From: Bacteroidota bacterium
Lineage (GTDB): Bacteria > Bacteroidota > Bacteroidia > Flavobacteriales > Flavobacteriaceae
Assembly: GCA_020161455.1 (NCBI GenBank)
Contig: JAIUNZ010000002.1
Location: forward strand, 131,091 to 195,090
DNA: 64,000 nt
Direction of reading: 5' to 3'
Below, piece by piece: positions 17,254 through 26,694 of this stretch (position 1 is the stretch's first letter; the number at the start of each line of letters is the position of its first letter). The position numbers were made by a program, and so were the translations under genes. Below the pieces are notes generated by a model. It ran no database searches and was not told the origin of the DNA. It saw only the letters and a list, made by a program, of their open reading frames with translations.

Positions 17254-18171
17254 CTAATCCTGAACTATAAAATCTTTTGGGTCAATTTTTTTAAATTCGG
17301 GTTGAATATTAGTATGGTTGATATTGAATTTTTGAAATAAAAGCAATTCAACTTTTTCTAATAAAACATTGAATTCACTCATTTTTATATCTTCCGAGCA
17401 ATCCAAATGTGCTTCGAGATGTAATTCTTCGTCGTTCAAATGCCAAACATGAATGTGATGTAATTTTCCAACACCTTTTATTTTATGTACTTCTCGAACA
17501 ATTTCTTTGATATTGATATGATCGGGTGTAAAAAGCATCAACATTTTGGTAGATTGAATTAATAATTTTGTTCCAACAACAATTAGATATACAGCAATTA
17601 GAATTGTCATCACGCTGTCAACCCAAAACCAACCGTAAAATTTCATTAAAATTCCACCAACCAAAACTGCCACCGAAGCCAACATATCCGTCAATAAATG
17701 CAAATAAGCTGATTTCATGTTGATATTATGCTCGGCATCTTTTTTTAGAAATAAAACCGAAAGTCCATTCACAATAATTCCTAACAACGCCAACCAAATC
17801 ACTAAATTCGATTCGATAGGATGAGGATTAAAAAATCGTTCGATTGCCCCATAAATTAATATAAAGGCAACAATTACCAATGTTGAAGCATTGACAAAGG
17901 CTGCAATTAATTCGGCACGTTTGTAGCCAAAAGTATTTCCAATAGTGGCTTTTCTTCGAGAAAGTTTATGAGCCACTAAACTAAAAACCAATGATAAAAC
18001 ATCCGAAAAATTATGAAGTGCATCCGAAATTAATGCCAAACTTCCTGATATTAATCCGCCTATTAATTGAGCAATCGTGATGATAACATTTAATAAAATG
18101 GATAAAACGAGATTTTTACCTTTTACTTCGTGTTTATGAATATGAATTTCTCCCATTATTTTTAAATACAA
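17254..18171 (-). CDS. Cation diffusion facilitator (CDF) family metal efflux transporter
   Basis: Six TM segments. HNFSD and HLLTD metal-site motifs and a C-terminal cytoplasmic domain (HHIHVWHL). The start may instead be the ATG at 18156. Confidence 0.85.
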   Translation of the reverse strand: MYLKIMGEIHIHKHEVKGKNLVLSILLNVIITIAQLIGGLISGSLALISDALHNFSDVLSLVFSLVAHKLSRRKATIGNTFGYKRAELIAAFVNASTLVIVAFILIYGAIERFFNPHPIESNLVIWLALLGIIVNGLSVLFLKKDAEHNINMKSAYLHLLTDMLASVAVLVGGILMKFYGWFWVDSVMTILIAVYLIVVGTKLLIQSTKMLMLFTPDHINIKEIVREVHKIKGVGKLHHIHVWHLNDEELHLEAHLDCSEDIKMSEFNVLLEKVELLLFQKFNINHTNIQPEFKKIDPKDFIVQD

Positions 18172-18593
18172 GCTATTTTTTGAACTCTTCTTTCGTGTCT
18201 TCCGCCTTCAAAAGACGTGTTTAAGAAAGTATCAACCATTTCTACAGCTTGCGGAATTGAGGTAAATCGAGCCGGAATACTAATAATATTAGCATCGTTA
18301 TGTTGGCGAGCTAATTCGGCTATTTCTTTTGTCCAACAAAGAGCAGCACGTATATCTTGGTGTTTATTAACGGTCATAGCAATACCATTTCCTGAACCAC
18401 AAATTACAATGCCAAAATGTGCTTTTTTACTCTCAACGTCATACGCAACTGGATGACCAAAATCGGGATAATCAACACTTTCCTGATTGTCTGTTCCATG
18501 ATTAAAAATTTCATGACCTTGTGATTGTAAATAGTCAACAATTGCTTGTTTATAATCTGGTCCTGCGTGATCGTTTCCAATTGAGATTTTCAT
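18162..18593 (-). CDS. rpiB: Ribose-5-phosphate isomerase B
   Basis: MKISIGNDHAG..VICGSGNGIAMTVNK..RHERRV is the LacAB/RpiB signature. Confidence 0.92.
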   Translation of the reverse strand: MKISIGNDHAGPDYKQAIVDYLQSQGHEIFNHGTDNQESVDYPDFGHPVAYDVESKKAHFGIVICGSGNGIAMTVNKHQDIRAALCWTKEIAELARQHNDANIISIPARFTSIPQAVEMVDTFLNTSFEGGRHERRVQKIACI

Positions 18594-19221
18594 ATAATTT
18601 AGTTTGTTGTTTGTTTTACAAATTTACTCAAAAGCAATTGTTTTATTCGTTTAATTTAATAAAAATATAAGCTATTGATTTTTAGCGTATAATTTATGAA
18701 ATAAATTTTAATGTTTTGATATTTAATGTTTTATATAAAATATAAAAACAATTGTTAATAGTGTTTTACAATCAATTGATTTTCAATTAACTTTAATTTA
18801 ACATCTTTTGTTAACAACTTCGGATAGAATTTTAGAAGTTTTTTTAGTTGGTATGAAGATAAATTGTAATCAAAAATTGAAATGAAAAAATCAAATTTAG
18901 TTTGGTGTTTTTTTAGAAAAGTTATCAATATTAAAAATTAGTTTTTAAACAGTTTTTATAAATTTACTTATTTACAAAAAAGTATTTTTTTTAGATGTTA
19001 ACAACTGTTAATTAAAACTAAAAATTAGTTTAAAATGAAATGATTACTATTTAAAAAACCTGTTAATAAATCAGTATAAAAAACTAAAAGTTTAAATAAA
19101 ATTTATTTCTAATAAAGTTATTGTAACAATTAACATGCTATAATAACCATCATTTAATTAAATTTAAAATTCTTTTTTTGTTTTTGTTTTTAATAGATGT
19201 TGACAACTTTTAGATTTTAAA

Positions 19222-19455
19222 TCAAACAATTTTTAAATTAGAATCTAAATTATCTAAAATTTGTTGAACCAATTCTCTATCGTTAGGATGAATTTTTAGT
19301 TTGATGCCACCGTAAGCTAAACTAGCAAAGGGATCAACCGAAACAATCATTTCATTTTCAAAATAATACTGAATTCCTTCATTATCTAAAATAGATTTTA
19401 GAACAACAATTTCATTTTGAAAATTAAAGATAGCAATAGTGATAAAATCATTCAT
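19222..19455 (-). CDS. DUF2007-like small protein (putative signal-transducing fold)
   Basis: MNDFITIAIFNFQNEIVVLKSILDNEGIQYYFENE...KLKIHPND. I prefer the ATG at 19455 over the track start at 19506. Confidence 0.6.
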   Translation of the reverse strand: MNDFITIAIFNFQNEIVVLKSILDNEGIQYYFENEMIVSVDPFASLAYGGIKLKIHPNDRELVQQILDNLDSNLKIV

Positions 19456-19504
19456 AGTATTTTTTTTAAAGATACTAAATGTTACTTTTTTATTAAAACT
19501 ATTC

Positions 19505-19532
19505 ACTAATTACTATTTACTAATTACTATTT
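19505..19532. repeat. Perfect 14-bp tandem duplication (ACTAATTACTATTT)x2
   Basis: Read directly from the sequence. It lies in the divergent region between the DUF2007 gene and rnr. Confidence 0.9.
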
Positions 19533-19564
19533 CGTAATTTTCAACATTAATTAGAAAAGATACA

Positions 19565-21745
19565 ATGAGTAAGAAACCTAAGAAATTCGGAAAAAAAGAG
19601 AAAACCTATTCCGAAAAGATATTTAAAATATTATCTAAAAATGCCAATAAACCTTTCAACTATAAACAAATAGCGGCAATTTTAGAATTAAATGATACCA
19701 AAAGCAGAAATGAAATTATAAAAGATTTAAAAATTCTAGCTGCTCAAAAATTAATCATCGAAACCGAACCTGGAAAGTATTTAGTAAAAGCTTCAAGTCA
19801 GCAATACTATGAAGGTGTTGTTGATATGACGTCTAGAAAAGCAGGTTATTTTGTTTGTGATGAACTTGAAAATGATGTTTACATTCCGTTTATCAATTTA
19901 AATCATGCACTTGATGGCGATAAAGTAAAAGCCTATGTTTACAATCGAAGAAGCTCAAGAAAGCCAGAAGCTGAAGTAATTGAAATTTTAGAAAGAGCAA
20001 AAACAGAATTCGTTGGAGTTGTAGATATTCAAAAGAATTTTGGATTTGTAACTACTGCCAATGCAAAAATGTACACTGATATTTTTATACCAAAAAATAA
20101 ATTAGCCGATGCAGAACATGGCGATGTAGTTTTAGTAAAACTCGAAGATTGGCCAGCAAAAGCTGATTCTCCTTTTGGTTCTGTAATTAAAGTACTTGGA
20201 AAACCTGGTGAACATAATACTGAAATTCATGCCATACTTGCTGAATATGGTTTACCATATGATTTTCCAATTGAAGTGGATGCTTATGCAAATAAATTAG
20301 ATACTTCTATAACTCAAGAAGAAATAGCAAAGCGTCGTGATATGCGTGATATTTTAACATTTACTATTGATCCAAAAGATGCAAAAGATTTTGATGATGC
20401 ATTATCATTTCAAGTTTTAGAAAATGGAAATTATGAAATTGGTGTTCATATTGCTGATGTTTCGCATTACTTGAAAGAAGGAACTATTCTTGATGATGAA
20501 GCATATAATCGAGCAACTTCGGTTTATTTGGTTGATAGAGTTGTTCCGATGTTACCTGAAGTATTATCAAATTTTGCTTGTTCGCTTCGTCCGCATGAAG
20601 AAAAATATACGTTTTCAGCCATTTTTCAACTGAATCCAAAAGCTGAAGTTGTTGATTCATGGTTTGGAAGAACAGTAATCTATTCTGACCAACGTTTTTC
20701 TTATGAAGAAGCTCAAAGTATTATTGAAACGAAATTAGATGTTATTCCAGCAGAAATTTCATTAACTGGAAACGAATATAAAGTTGATGCTAAAATTGTG
20801 GAAGCCACATTAAAATTAGATGAATTAGCTAAAATTCTTCGTAGAAAAAGAATGGCTGCAGGAGCAATTTCTTTTGATAAAGTAGAAGTAAAATTCAATT
20901 TAAATGAACAAGCAGAACCAGTTGGTGTGTTCTTTAAAATTTCAAAAGATGCCAATCATTTAATTGAAGAATTCATGCTATTAGCAAATAGAAAAGTGGC
21001 AGAATTTATAGGAAAGCAAAAGAAAACTTTTGTTTATCGTATTCACGATGAACCAAATGAAGATAAATTAATTAATCTTCAAACTGTAATTTCTAAGTTT
21101 GGTTATTCAATTAACATGAAATCCAAACAAGATATTTCAAAATCATTAAATAATTTATTGAATGAAGTAAGTGGAAAAAAAGAACAAAATTTAGTAGATA
21201 CTTTAACGATACGTTCAATGAGTAAAGCTAAATATTCAACTGATAATATTGGACATTACGGATTAGCTTTTGATTATTACAGTCATTTTACATCGCCAAT
21301 TCGTCGTTATCCAGATGTTATGGTGCATCGTTTGTTACAATATTATCTTGATGGAGGAAAATCAGCATCAGCAGAAGTATATGAAGAAAAATGTGAACAT
21401 TCCAGTAATATGGAAGCATTAGCTGCACAAGCCGAACGAGATTCTATTAAATACATGCAAGTAAAATACATGCAAGATCATAAAGATCAAGAGTTTTTAG
21501 GTGTTATTTCTGGAGTTACCGAATGGGGAATTTATGTTGAAATTGTAGAAAATAAATGTGAAGGAATGGTTCGTATTCGTGAAATAAAAGAAGATTACTA
21601 TACGTTTGACGAAAAACAATATGCCTTAGTTGGCGAAATGTCAAAAGGATTATTGCAACTAGGCGATGAAGTTTATGTAAAAGTAAAAAATGCCGATTTA
21701 GTTAAAAAACAATTGGATTTTCACTTTATTAGAAGGAAAGAGTAA
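19565..21745 (+). CDS. rnr: Ribonuclease R
   Basis: 726 aa. N-terminal HTH/cold-shock-like region, RNB core (TIDPKDAKDFDDALS; HYGLAFDYYSHFTSPIRRYPD) and a C-terminal S1 domain. Confidence 0.93.
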   Translation: MSKKPKKFGKKEKTYSEKIFKILSKNANKPFNYKQIAAILELNDTKSRNEIIKDLKILAAQKLIIETEPGKYLVKASSQQYYEGVVDMTSRKAGYFVCDELENDVYIPFINLNHALDGDKVKAYVYNRRSSRKPEAEVIEILERAKTEFVGVVDIQKNFGFVTTANAKMYTDIFIPKNKLADAEHGDVVLVKLEDWPAKADSPFGSVIKVLGKPGEHNTEIHAILAEYGLPYDFPIEVDAYANKLDTSITQEEIAKRRDMRDILTFTIDPKDAKDFDDALSFQVLENGNYEIGVHIADVSHYLKEGTILDDEAYNRATSVYLVDRVVPMLPEVLSNFACSLRPHEEKYTFSAIFQLNPKAEVVDSWFGRTVIYSDQRFSYEEAQSIIETKLDVIPAEISLTGNEYKVDAKIVEATLKLDELAKILRRKRMAAGAISFDKVEVKFNLNEQAEPVGVFFKISKDANHLIEEFMLLANRKVAEFIGKQKKTFVYRIHDEPNEDKLINLQTVISKFGYSINMKSKQDISKSLNNLLNEVSGKKEQNLVDTLTIRSMSKAKYSTDNIGHYGLAFDYYSHFTSPIRRYPDVMVHRLLQYYLDGGKSASAEVYEEKCEHSSNMEALAAQAERDSIKYMQVKYMQDHKDQEFLGVISGVTEWGIYVEIVENKCEGMVRIREIKEDYYTFDEKQYALVGEMSKGLLQLGDEVYVKVKNADLVKKQLDFHFIRRKE

Positions 21746-21797
21746 CCAATCCTGCAAGGTTTTTAAAAACCTTGTAGGTATATTAAAATAAAAATTT

Positions 21798-22463
21798 ATG
21801 AAAAAAATAGTATTCAGTTTATTAATATTCAGTTCAATAGCTTTTGGACAAGTACATAAAAATTTAGGTGATTTTGATAAAGTAACTTCGTTTGATAAAA
21901 TTGATGTGATGTTAATTCCATCTTCAGAAAATAAAATTGTTATTGACGGAAAAGAAGCAAATGAAGTAGAATTGGTTAATAAAAATGGAGAATTAAAAAT
22001 CAGAATGCCATTTACAAAAATTCTTTCAGGTGATAATATTTCTGTGACGTTATATTTTAAAAAAATCAATGCAGTCGAGGCAAATGAAGGTTCAAGAATA
22101 GCGTGTAATGACGAAATTAAAAGCACTTCTTTTGATGTAAAAGCTAAAGAAGGTTCGGAGGTAAAACTAATTTTAAACGTTCAGAAGCTTACTTTAAGAA
22201 ATGCTAATGGTTCTAAAGTTACATTAGAAGGTTTTGCTACCAATCAAGATGTTTTAGTAAATTCAGGCGGAATTTATCAAGCCAAAAATCTAAAAACAGA
22301 GCAAACCACTATTACAAGCAATGCGGGTGGCGAAGCAGCTATTTATGCAACTGTTTTTGTTGATGCTAAAGTTCGTGCTGGTGGAGAAATTACGATTCAT
22401 GGAAAACCAAAAGAAATCAATCAAAAAGTAGTAGCCGGCGGAACAATTGAAGAAGCAAAATAG
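21798..22463 (+). CDS. GIN-domain (DUF2807, adhesin-head-like) secreted protein
   Basis: Signal peptide followed by repeated beta-helix-like segments (VLVNSGGIYQAKNL..SNAGGEAAIYA..VRAGGEITIHG). Confidence 0.65.
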   Translation: MKKIVFSLLIFSSIAFGQVHKNLGDFDKVTSFDKIDVMLIPSSENKIVIDGKEANEVELVNKNGELKIRMPFTKILSGDNISVTLYFKKINAVEANEGSRIACNDEIKSTSFDVKAKEGSEVKLILNVQKLTLRNANGSKVTLEGFATNQDVLVNSGGIYQAKNLKTEQTTITSNAGGEAAIYATVFVDAKVRAGGEITIHGKPKEINQKVVAGGTIEEAK

Positions 22464-22519
22464 ATTTTATTTTATCATATAAATTTTAAATTCTAAATTG
22501 CAATGTCAAAAAAATAAAC

Positions 22520-23212
22520 ATGATTTTTCTAAACGATATTTTATCTGCCATTCCACTAGGTTTCTTTCTTAGTTTTATGATTGGACCTGTATTTTTTGTA
22601 TTACTCGAAACCAGTGTTGTGAAAGGTTTTCGTGCTGCAGTAATGTTTGATTTAGGTGTTGTTTTAGCAGATATTGTTTTTATTCTTATTGCTTTTTTTA
22701 GTAGTTATCGATTGATTCAAAGTATAAAAGATGATCCAGCTTTGTTTATTTTTGGAGGATTAGTAATGCTTACTTACGGAATTATTTCTTTTATAAATAA
22801 CAGAAAAGAAGCAAAGAAAAATATTGATCCCGAAGATCCAGCAGAATTAGCAAAAAACGATTACTTTTCCCTTTTTATGAAAGGTTTTTTCTTAAACTTT
22901 ATCAATATTGGAGTTTTGGGTTTTTGGTTGGCTATTTTAATTACGATTGGTCCACAATTAGAGTTAAAAACTTCGAGAATGCTAACTTTTTTCTCAACTT
23001 TAATCATAGTTTATTTTATAACTGATTTGTTTAAAATAATATTAGCCAAACAATTAAGAAGTAAACTCAATCCAAAAAATATTTTACTAATCAAAAAGTT
23101 TATTAGTATCGTTTTAATTATCTGTGGAGTTGTTTTATTATCCCAAGCTTGGTTTCCAAAAGAAAGAAAGATTGTTGATAAAGCTTTTGAGAAATTAGAA
23201 AAGCAACATTAA
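22520..23212 (+). CDS. LysE-family amino-acid exporter
   Basis: 230 aa, about 6 TM segments. The N-terminal GPVFFVLLETSVVKGFRAA is typical of LysE/RhtB translocators. Confidence 0.7.
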   Translation: MIFLNDILSAIPLGFFLSFMIGPVFFVLLETSVVKGFRAAVMFDLGVVLADIVFILIAFFSSYRLIQSIKDDPALFIFGGLVMLTYGIISFINNRKEAKKNIDPEDPAELAKNDYFSLFMKGFFLNFINIGVLGFWLAILITIGPQLELKTSRMLTFFSTLIIVYFITDLFKIILAKQLRSKLNPKNILLIKKFISIVLIICGVVLLSQAWFPKERKIVDKAFEKLEKQH

Positions 23213-23221
23213 AATTTGCTC

Positions 23222-23878
23222 ATGAAAAAAATAATCTTTCTCCTTTTTTTATTTTTTTCAATATCATTTTTTGCGCAGAATGATACTTTATCTGTAGTAA
23301 GACATACAGATAGTGATTTTATTATTCCAAAAAAATTAAAAGTAATTTATAAAGAACTACCAAATGAATTTTTTATAAATGTTCCAAATGTAAAATCTTT
23401 TAAAGTTTCAGGTAATGGATTATTTAAAAAAAGTAACAATTTATATTATATAGATAACAGAGAAGAAGATGAAATTTTTATAAATTTTGAAATTATATTG
23501 AACAACAATCAAATTAAAAAAGAAAGGCATTTGATAAAAAAGAGAAGTTTAAGTAATTTAATTATAGCTCTTAATAGTCAAGATGGACCAATTTTTAAAC
23601 TTCAAAAAGAAAAACTTAAAAATGCAGTATTAGAATTAAAGTTTGAAGATGAAAATATAGATGTTAAAAAGTTTATGTTTATATATAAATTTAAAGTTAA
23701 AATTCCTGGAAGACAAGAGATAGAAGTTAATGGAAATAAGATTGATACTAAAACATTTGAGTCTATTAAAAAGTTTACTTCAAGGAATGATATTATAACA
23801 ATTTATGATGTTAAAACTCAGATTAGATGTGGAATTTCGACAACACAAATTCAACCTTTAGTTATTACAATTCTCTAA
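23222..23878 (+). CDS. Secreted hypothetical protein
   Basis: Signal peptide MKKIIFLLFLFFSISFFAQ. I recognise no family. Its last codons and stop lie inside the first unit of the tRNA-Cys-linked tandem repeat. Confidence 0.55.
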   Translation: MKKIIFLLFLFFSISFFAQNDTLSVVRHTDSDFIIPKKLKVIYKELPNEFFINVPNVKSFKVSGNGLFKKSNNLYYIDNREEDEIFINFEIILNNNQIKKERHLIKKRSLSNLIIALNSQDGPIFKLQKEKLKNAVLELKFEDENIDVKKFMFIYKFKVKIPGRQEIEVNGNKIDTKTFESIKKFTSRNDIITIYDVKTQIRCGISTTQIQPLVITIL

Positions 23879-24190
23879 TCAATTTTTTCTAAAATTTATT
23901 ACAAAAAAACCTCCAAGTTTCCCTGAAGGTTTTATAGACATCGTCCGGATTCGAACCGGAGTATAAGGTTTTGCGTATTCTTTAATCAATTTTTTCTAAA
24001 AATTTACCATAAAAAAACCTCCAAGTTTCCTTGAAGGTTTTCGAGGCATCGTCCGGATTCAAACCAGAGTATCGGTTTTGCGTATTCTTTTAATCAATTT
24101 TTTCTAAAAATTTACCATAAAAAAACCTCCAAGTTTCCTTGAAGGTTTTCGAGGCATCGTCCGGATTCGAACCGGAGTATACGGTTTTGC
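23877..24190. repeat. Tandem repeat (period ~107-108 bp, ~2.9 copies) made of the tRNA-Cys 3' half, its terminator hairpin and ~45 bp of spacer
   Basis: AATCAATTTTTTCTAAAA.. recurs at 23877, 23984 and 24092. Each unit ends in ..CGTCCGGATTCGAACCGGAGTATA.GGTTTTGC. Only the last unit continues into the 5' half of the tRNA. Confidence 0.9.
24117..24146 (-). terminator. Intrinsic terminator of tRNA-Cys
   Basis: The minus-strand RNA folds as CCUUCAAG-GAAA-CUUGGAGG (one G-U pair) followed by U7. Confidence 0.75.
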
Positions 24191-24222
24191 AGACCGGTGC
24201 CTAGCCGCTCGGCCACGATGCC
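24152..24222 (-). tRNA. tRNA-Cys (anticodon GCA)
   Basis: The reverse complement reads GGCATCGTGGCCGAGCGGCTAGGCACCGGTCTGCAAAACCGTATACTCCGGTTCGAATCCGGACGATGCCT. Acceptor stem GGCATCG/CGATGCC, anticodon loop CT-GCA-AA, T-arm TCCGG-TTCGAAT-CCGGA, discriminator U73. 71 nt, with no encoded CCA. Confidence 0.93.
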
Positions 24223-24263
24223 AGTTGGACGGCAAATATATAAAAAATTCCAAACTTAAAACT

Positions 24264-24302
24264 CCAAATTCCAATATTTAAAACTAATTCGTTGGAATTT
24301 GG
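24264..24302 (-). terminator. Hairpin downstream of folB (probable terminator)
   Basis: Perfect 11-bp inverted repeat CCAAATTCCAA / TTGGAATTTGG with a 17-nt loop. On the minus strand it is followed by AGUUUUAAGUUUG. Confidence 0.5.
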
Positions 24303-24319
24303 AATTTATTTGTTGGAAT

Positions 24320-24679
24320 TTAACTTCTGTATTCTTCCATTTCAATAGTAACTGCTTCAACATCACCACCAATTGGCGGATTTAATTTAGAAACAGCTAA
24401 AACAATTCGAGAAACTTCTGGAATTTCTCCAAAAATACGAGTGATAATTCGATGCGCAACATGTTCCAATAACTTAGAACGGATAGCCATTTCTTCGACT
24501 ACAATTCGATTTAAAAGTACATAATCTACAGTATCTTTCAATTCATCAGACAACGAAGATTTTCGTAAATCGGTTTTTATTTCTAAATCTACTCGGTAAT
24601 CTGAACCAATTTTTGCTTCTTCCATCAAACAACCATGAAAGGAAAAAGTTCTAATATTTTGTAATTTAATTGTTCCCAT
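24320..24679 (-). CDS. folB: Dihydroneopterin aldolase
   Basis: 119 aa. FHGCLMEEAKIGSDYRVDL and DTVDYVLL are typical FolB features. Confidence 0.85.
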   Translation of the reverse strand: MGTIKLQNIRTFSFHGCLMEEAKIGSDYRVDLEIKTDLRKSSLSDELKDTVDYVLLNRIVVEEMAIRSKLLEHVAHRIITRIFGEIPEVSRIVLAVSKLNPPIGGDVEAVTIEMEEYRS

Positions 24680-24695
24680 TTTTTGATTTCCTTAT

Positions 24696-24725
24696 CAATT
24701 TTCAAATTTTCAAATTTTCAAATTG
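24696..24725. repeat. 8-bp tandem repeat CAAATTTT, about 4 units
   Basis: The sequence reads CAATTTT CAAATTTT CAAATTTT CAAATTG. It lies in the folB/glnS divergent promoter region. Confidence 0.85.
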
Positions 24726-24737
24726 ACTAATTAAACA

Positions 24738-24745
24738 TATCTTTG
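24738..24745 (+). promoter_or_regulatory. Bacteroidota -7 box (TATCTTTG) for glnS
   Basis: It matches TAnnTTTG, with 17 nt between it and the ATG at 24763. Confidence 0.5.
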
Positions 24746-24762
24746 CTAAAATTACGAAAATA

Positions 24763-26448
24763 ATGTCAACAGAAGAGAAGTCTTTAAATTTCATTGAACA
24801 AATTATTGAAGAAGATTTAAAACACGGTTTACCAAATGATAAGCTGCGTTTTCGTTTTCCACCTGAACCAAATGGTTATTTACATGTTGGTCATGCTAGT
24901 GCAATTTGTTTAAATTTTGGATTAGGTTTAGATTATAATTCGCCAGTAAATTTGCGTTTTGATGATACCAATCCAGCCAAAGAAGAACAAGAATATGTTG
25001 ATGCCATTAAGCGTGATATCGAATGGTTAGGATATGAATGGGCAAATGAATGTTATGCTTCCGATTATTTTCAACAATTATATGATTGGGCAGTTGAGTT
25101 TATTAAAAAAGGCAAAGCTTATGTAGATAGTCAAACTTCTGAAGAAATGGCTATTCAAAAAGGAACACCAACAACTCCAGGAACAAATTCGCCTTATAGA
25201 AATCGTTCAATTGAAGAGAATTTAGACCTTTTCGAACGTATGAAAAACGGCGAATTTGAAGAAGGAACGCATATTCTTCGTGCTAAAATTGACATGACAC
25301 ACAACAACATGTTGATGCGTGATCCAATTATGTATCGAATTCTAAAAAAACACCATCACCGAACAGGAAATGATTGGTGTATTTATCCAATGTACGATTG
25401 GGCACACGGTGAAAGTGATTATTTAGAACAAATTTCACATTCGTTTTGTACGCTAGAATTTTTGCCACATCGTGAGTTATATGATTGGTTTTTAGACCAA
25501 ATTTATGATGATAAAAAAGTGCGTCCGAAACAAAGAGAATTTGCGCGTAGAAATTTATCGCATACTGTAGTTTCTAAACGTAAATTATTGCAATTAGTTG
25601 AAGAAAAACACGTTACTGGTTGGGATGATCCAAGAATGAGTACCATTTCTGGAATGCGTCGTCGTGGTTTTCCGCCAATGGCTATCAGAAATTTTGCTAA
25701 AACGATTGGAATTGCAAAACGGACTAATTTGATAGATGTTTCACTTTTGGAGTTTTGTGTTCGTGAAGAATTGAACAAAACAGCACCAAGAGTTATGGCA
25801 GTTTTAAATCCTGTGAAATTGGTTATTACCAATTATCCTGAAGGGAAAACCGAAATATTGGAAGCTGAAAATTCACAAGAAGACGCAAGTTTAGGATTCA
25901 GAGAAGTGCCTTTTTCTAGAGAGTTATATATCGAAAGAGAAGATTTTCAGGAAGAAGCACACAAGAAGTTTTTCCGATTAACATTAGGAACTGAAGTGCG
26001 TTTAAAAAATGCCTATATCATTAAAGGTGAAAGTGTTATCAAAGATGAAAACGGAAATATAACAGAAATTCATTGTACGTATGATGTCGATTCTAAATCA
26101 GGAAGCGGTACCGAAGCCAGCCAACGAAAAGTAAAAGGAACCATTCATTGGGTTTCTATAGAACATGCTATTGAAGCTGAAGTTCGAGTTTACGACCGAT
26201 TATTTACTAACGAAAATCCCGATGGAAATAAAGAAGTTGATTTTAAAGAATACATCAATCCAAATTCATTAGAAATAATAACAGGTTATGTTGAACCAAG
26301 TTTACAATCGGCTAAAAATTTAGACCAATTCCAATTTCAACGATTGGGTTATTTTTGTGTTGACAAAGATTCATCGGCTGAAAAATTAGTTTTTAACAAA
26401 ACAGTTGGTCTTCGCGATACTTGGGCAAAAGTAGAAAGTAAAGAATAA
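24763..26448 (+). CDS. glnS: Glutamine--tRNA ligase
   Basis: RFRFPPEPNGYLHVGHA (HIGH motif), VVSKRKL (KMSKS-like) and the C-terminal anticodon-binding beta-barrels. 561 aa. Confidence 0.95.
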   Translation: MSTEEKSLNFIEQIIEEDLKHGLPNDKLRFRFPPEPNGYLHVGHASAICLNFGLGLDYNSPVNLRFDDTNPAKEEQEYVDAIKRDIEWLGYEWANECYASDYFQQLYDWAVEFIKKGKAYVDSQTSEEMAIQKGTPTTPGTNSPYRNRSIEENLDLFERMKNGEFEEGTHILRAKIDMTHNNMLMRDPIMYRILKKHHHRTGNDWCIYPMYDWAHGESDYLEQISHSFCTLEFLPHRELYDWFLDQIYDDKKVRPKQREFARRNLSHTVVSKRKLLQLVEEKHVTGWDDPRMSTISGMRRRGFPPMAIRNFAKTIGIAKRTNLIDVSLLEFCVREELNKTAPRVMAVLNPVKLVITNYPEGKTEILEAENSQEDASLGFREVPFSRELYIEREDFQEEAHKKFFRLTLGTEVRLKNAYIIKGESVIKDENGNITEIHCTYDVDSKSGSGTEASQRKVKGTIHWVSIEHAIEAEVRVYDRLFTNENPDGNKEVDFKEYINPNSLEIITGYVEPSLQSAKNLDQFQFQRLGYFCVDKDSSAEKLVFNKTVGLRDTWAKVESKE

Positions 26449-26471
26449 ATACATTATAAGTTTTATAAATG

Positions 26472-26499
26472 AAAATCCCGAAACACTTCGGGATTTTTC
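26472..26499 (+). terminator. Intrinsic terminator after glnS
   Basis: AAAATCCCGAA-acac-TTCGGGATTTT followed by TCT. Confidence 0.85.
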
Positions 26500-26694
26500 T
26501 ATTATTAGGATTAACTATTATAATTAAAATAAGTATCATAAAAAGCTATTAAAAGTAGCTTTCATACTTTCGATTTAATCAAAAAATAAAAAAGGTTAAT
26601 GTAATTTGTTATTTGATAATACGAAAATGTCTTAAATCGATTTATTTTAGTTTTTGATGAAAAATAATATAAATTTTCAAAATTTAGTTTACTG

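Noticed and set aside
18594-19221. Chromosomal replication origin (oriC) in the long AT-rich spacer
   Set aside because: I found no consensus DnaA boxes (TTATCCACA/TGTGGATAA), only 6-7/9 matches such as TTATCAATA and TTATTTACA. There is no dnaA or dnaN nearby. It cannot be excluded without whole-genome GC skew, so the region is reported only as an unexplained regulatory-looking spacer.
21798-24222. An integrated prophage or genomic island at tRNA-Cys
   Set aside because: No integrase, excisionase, phage or conjugation genes lie next to the tRNA. The neighbouring genes (GIN-domain, LysE, folB, glnS) look chromosomal, and the att-like copies are directly tandem with nothing between them.
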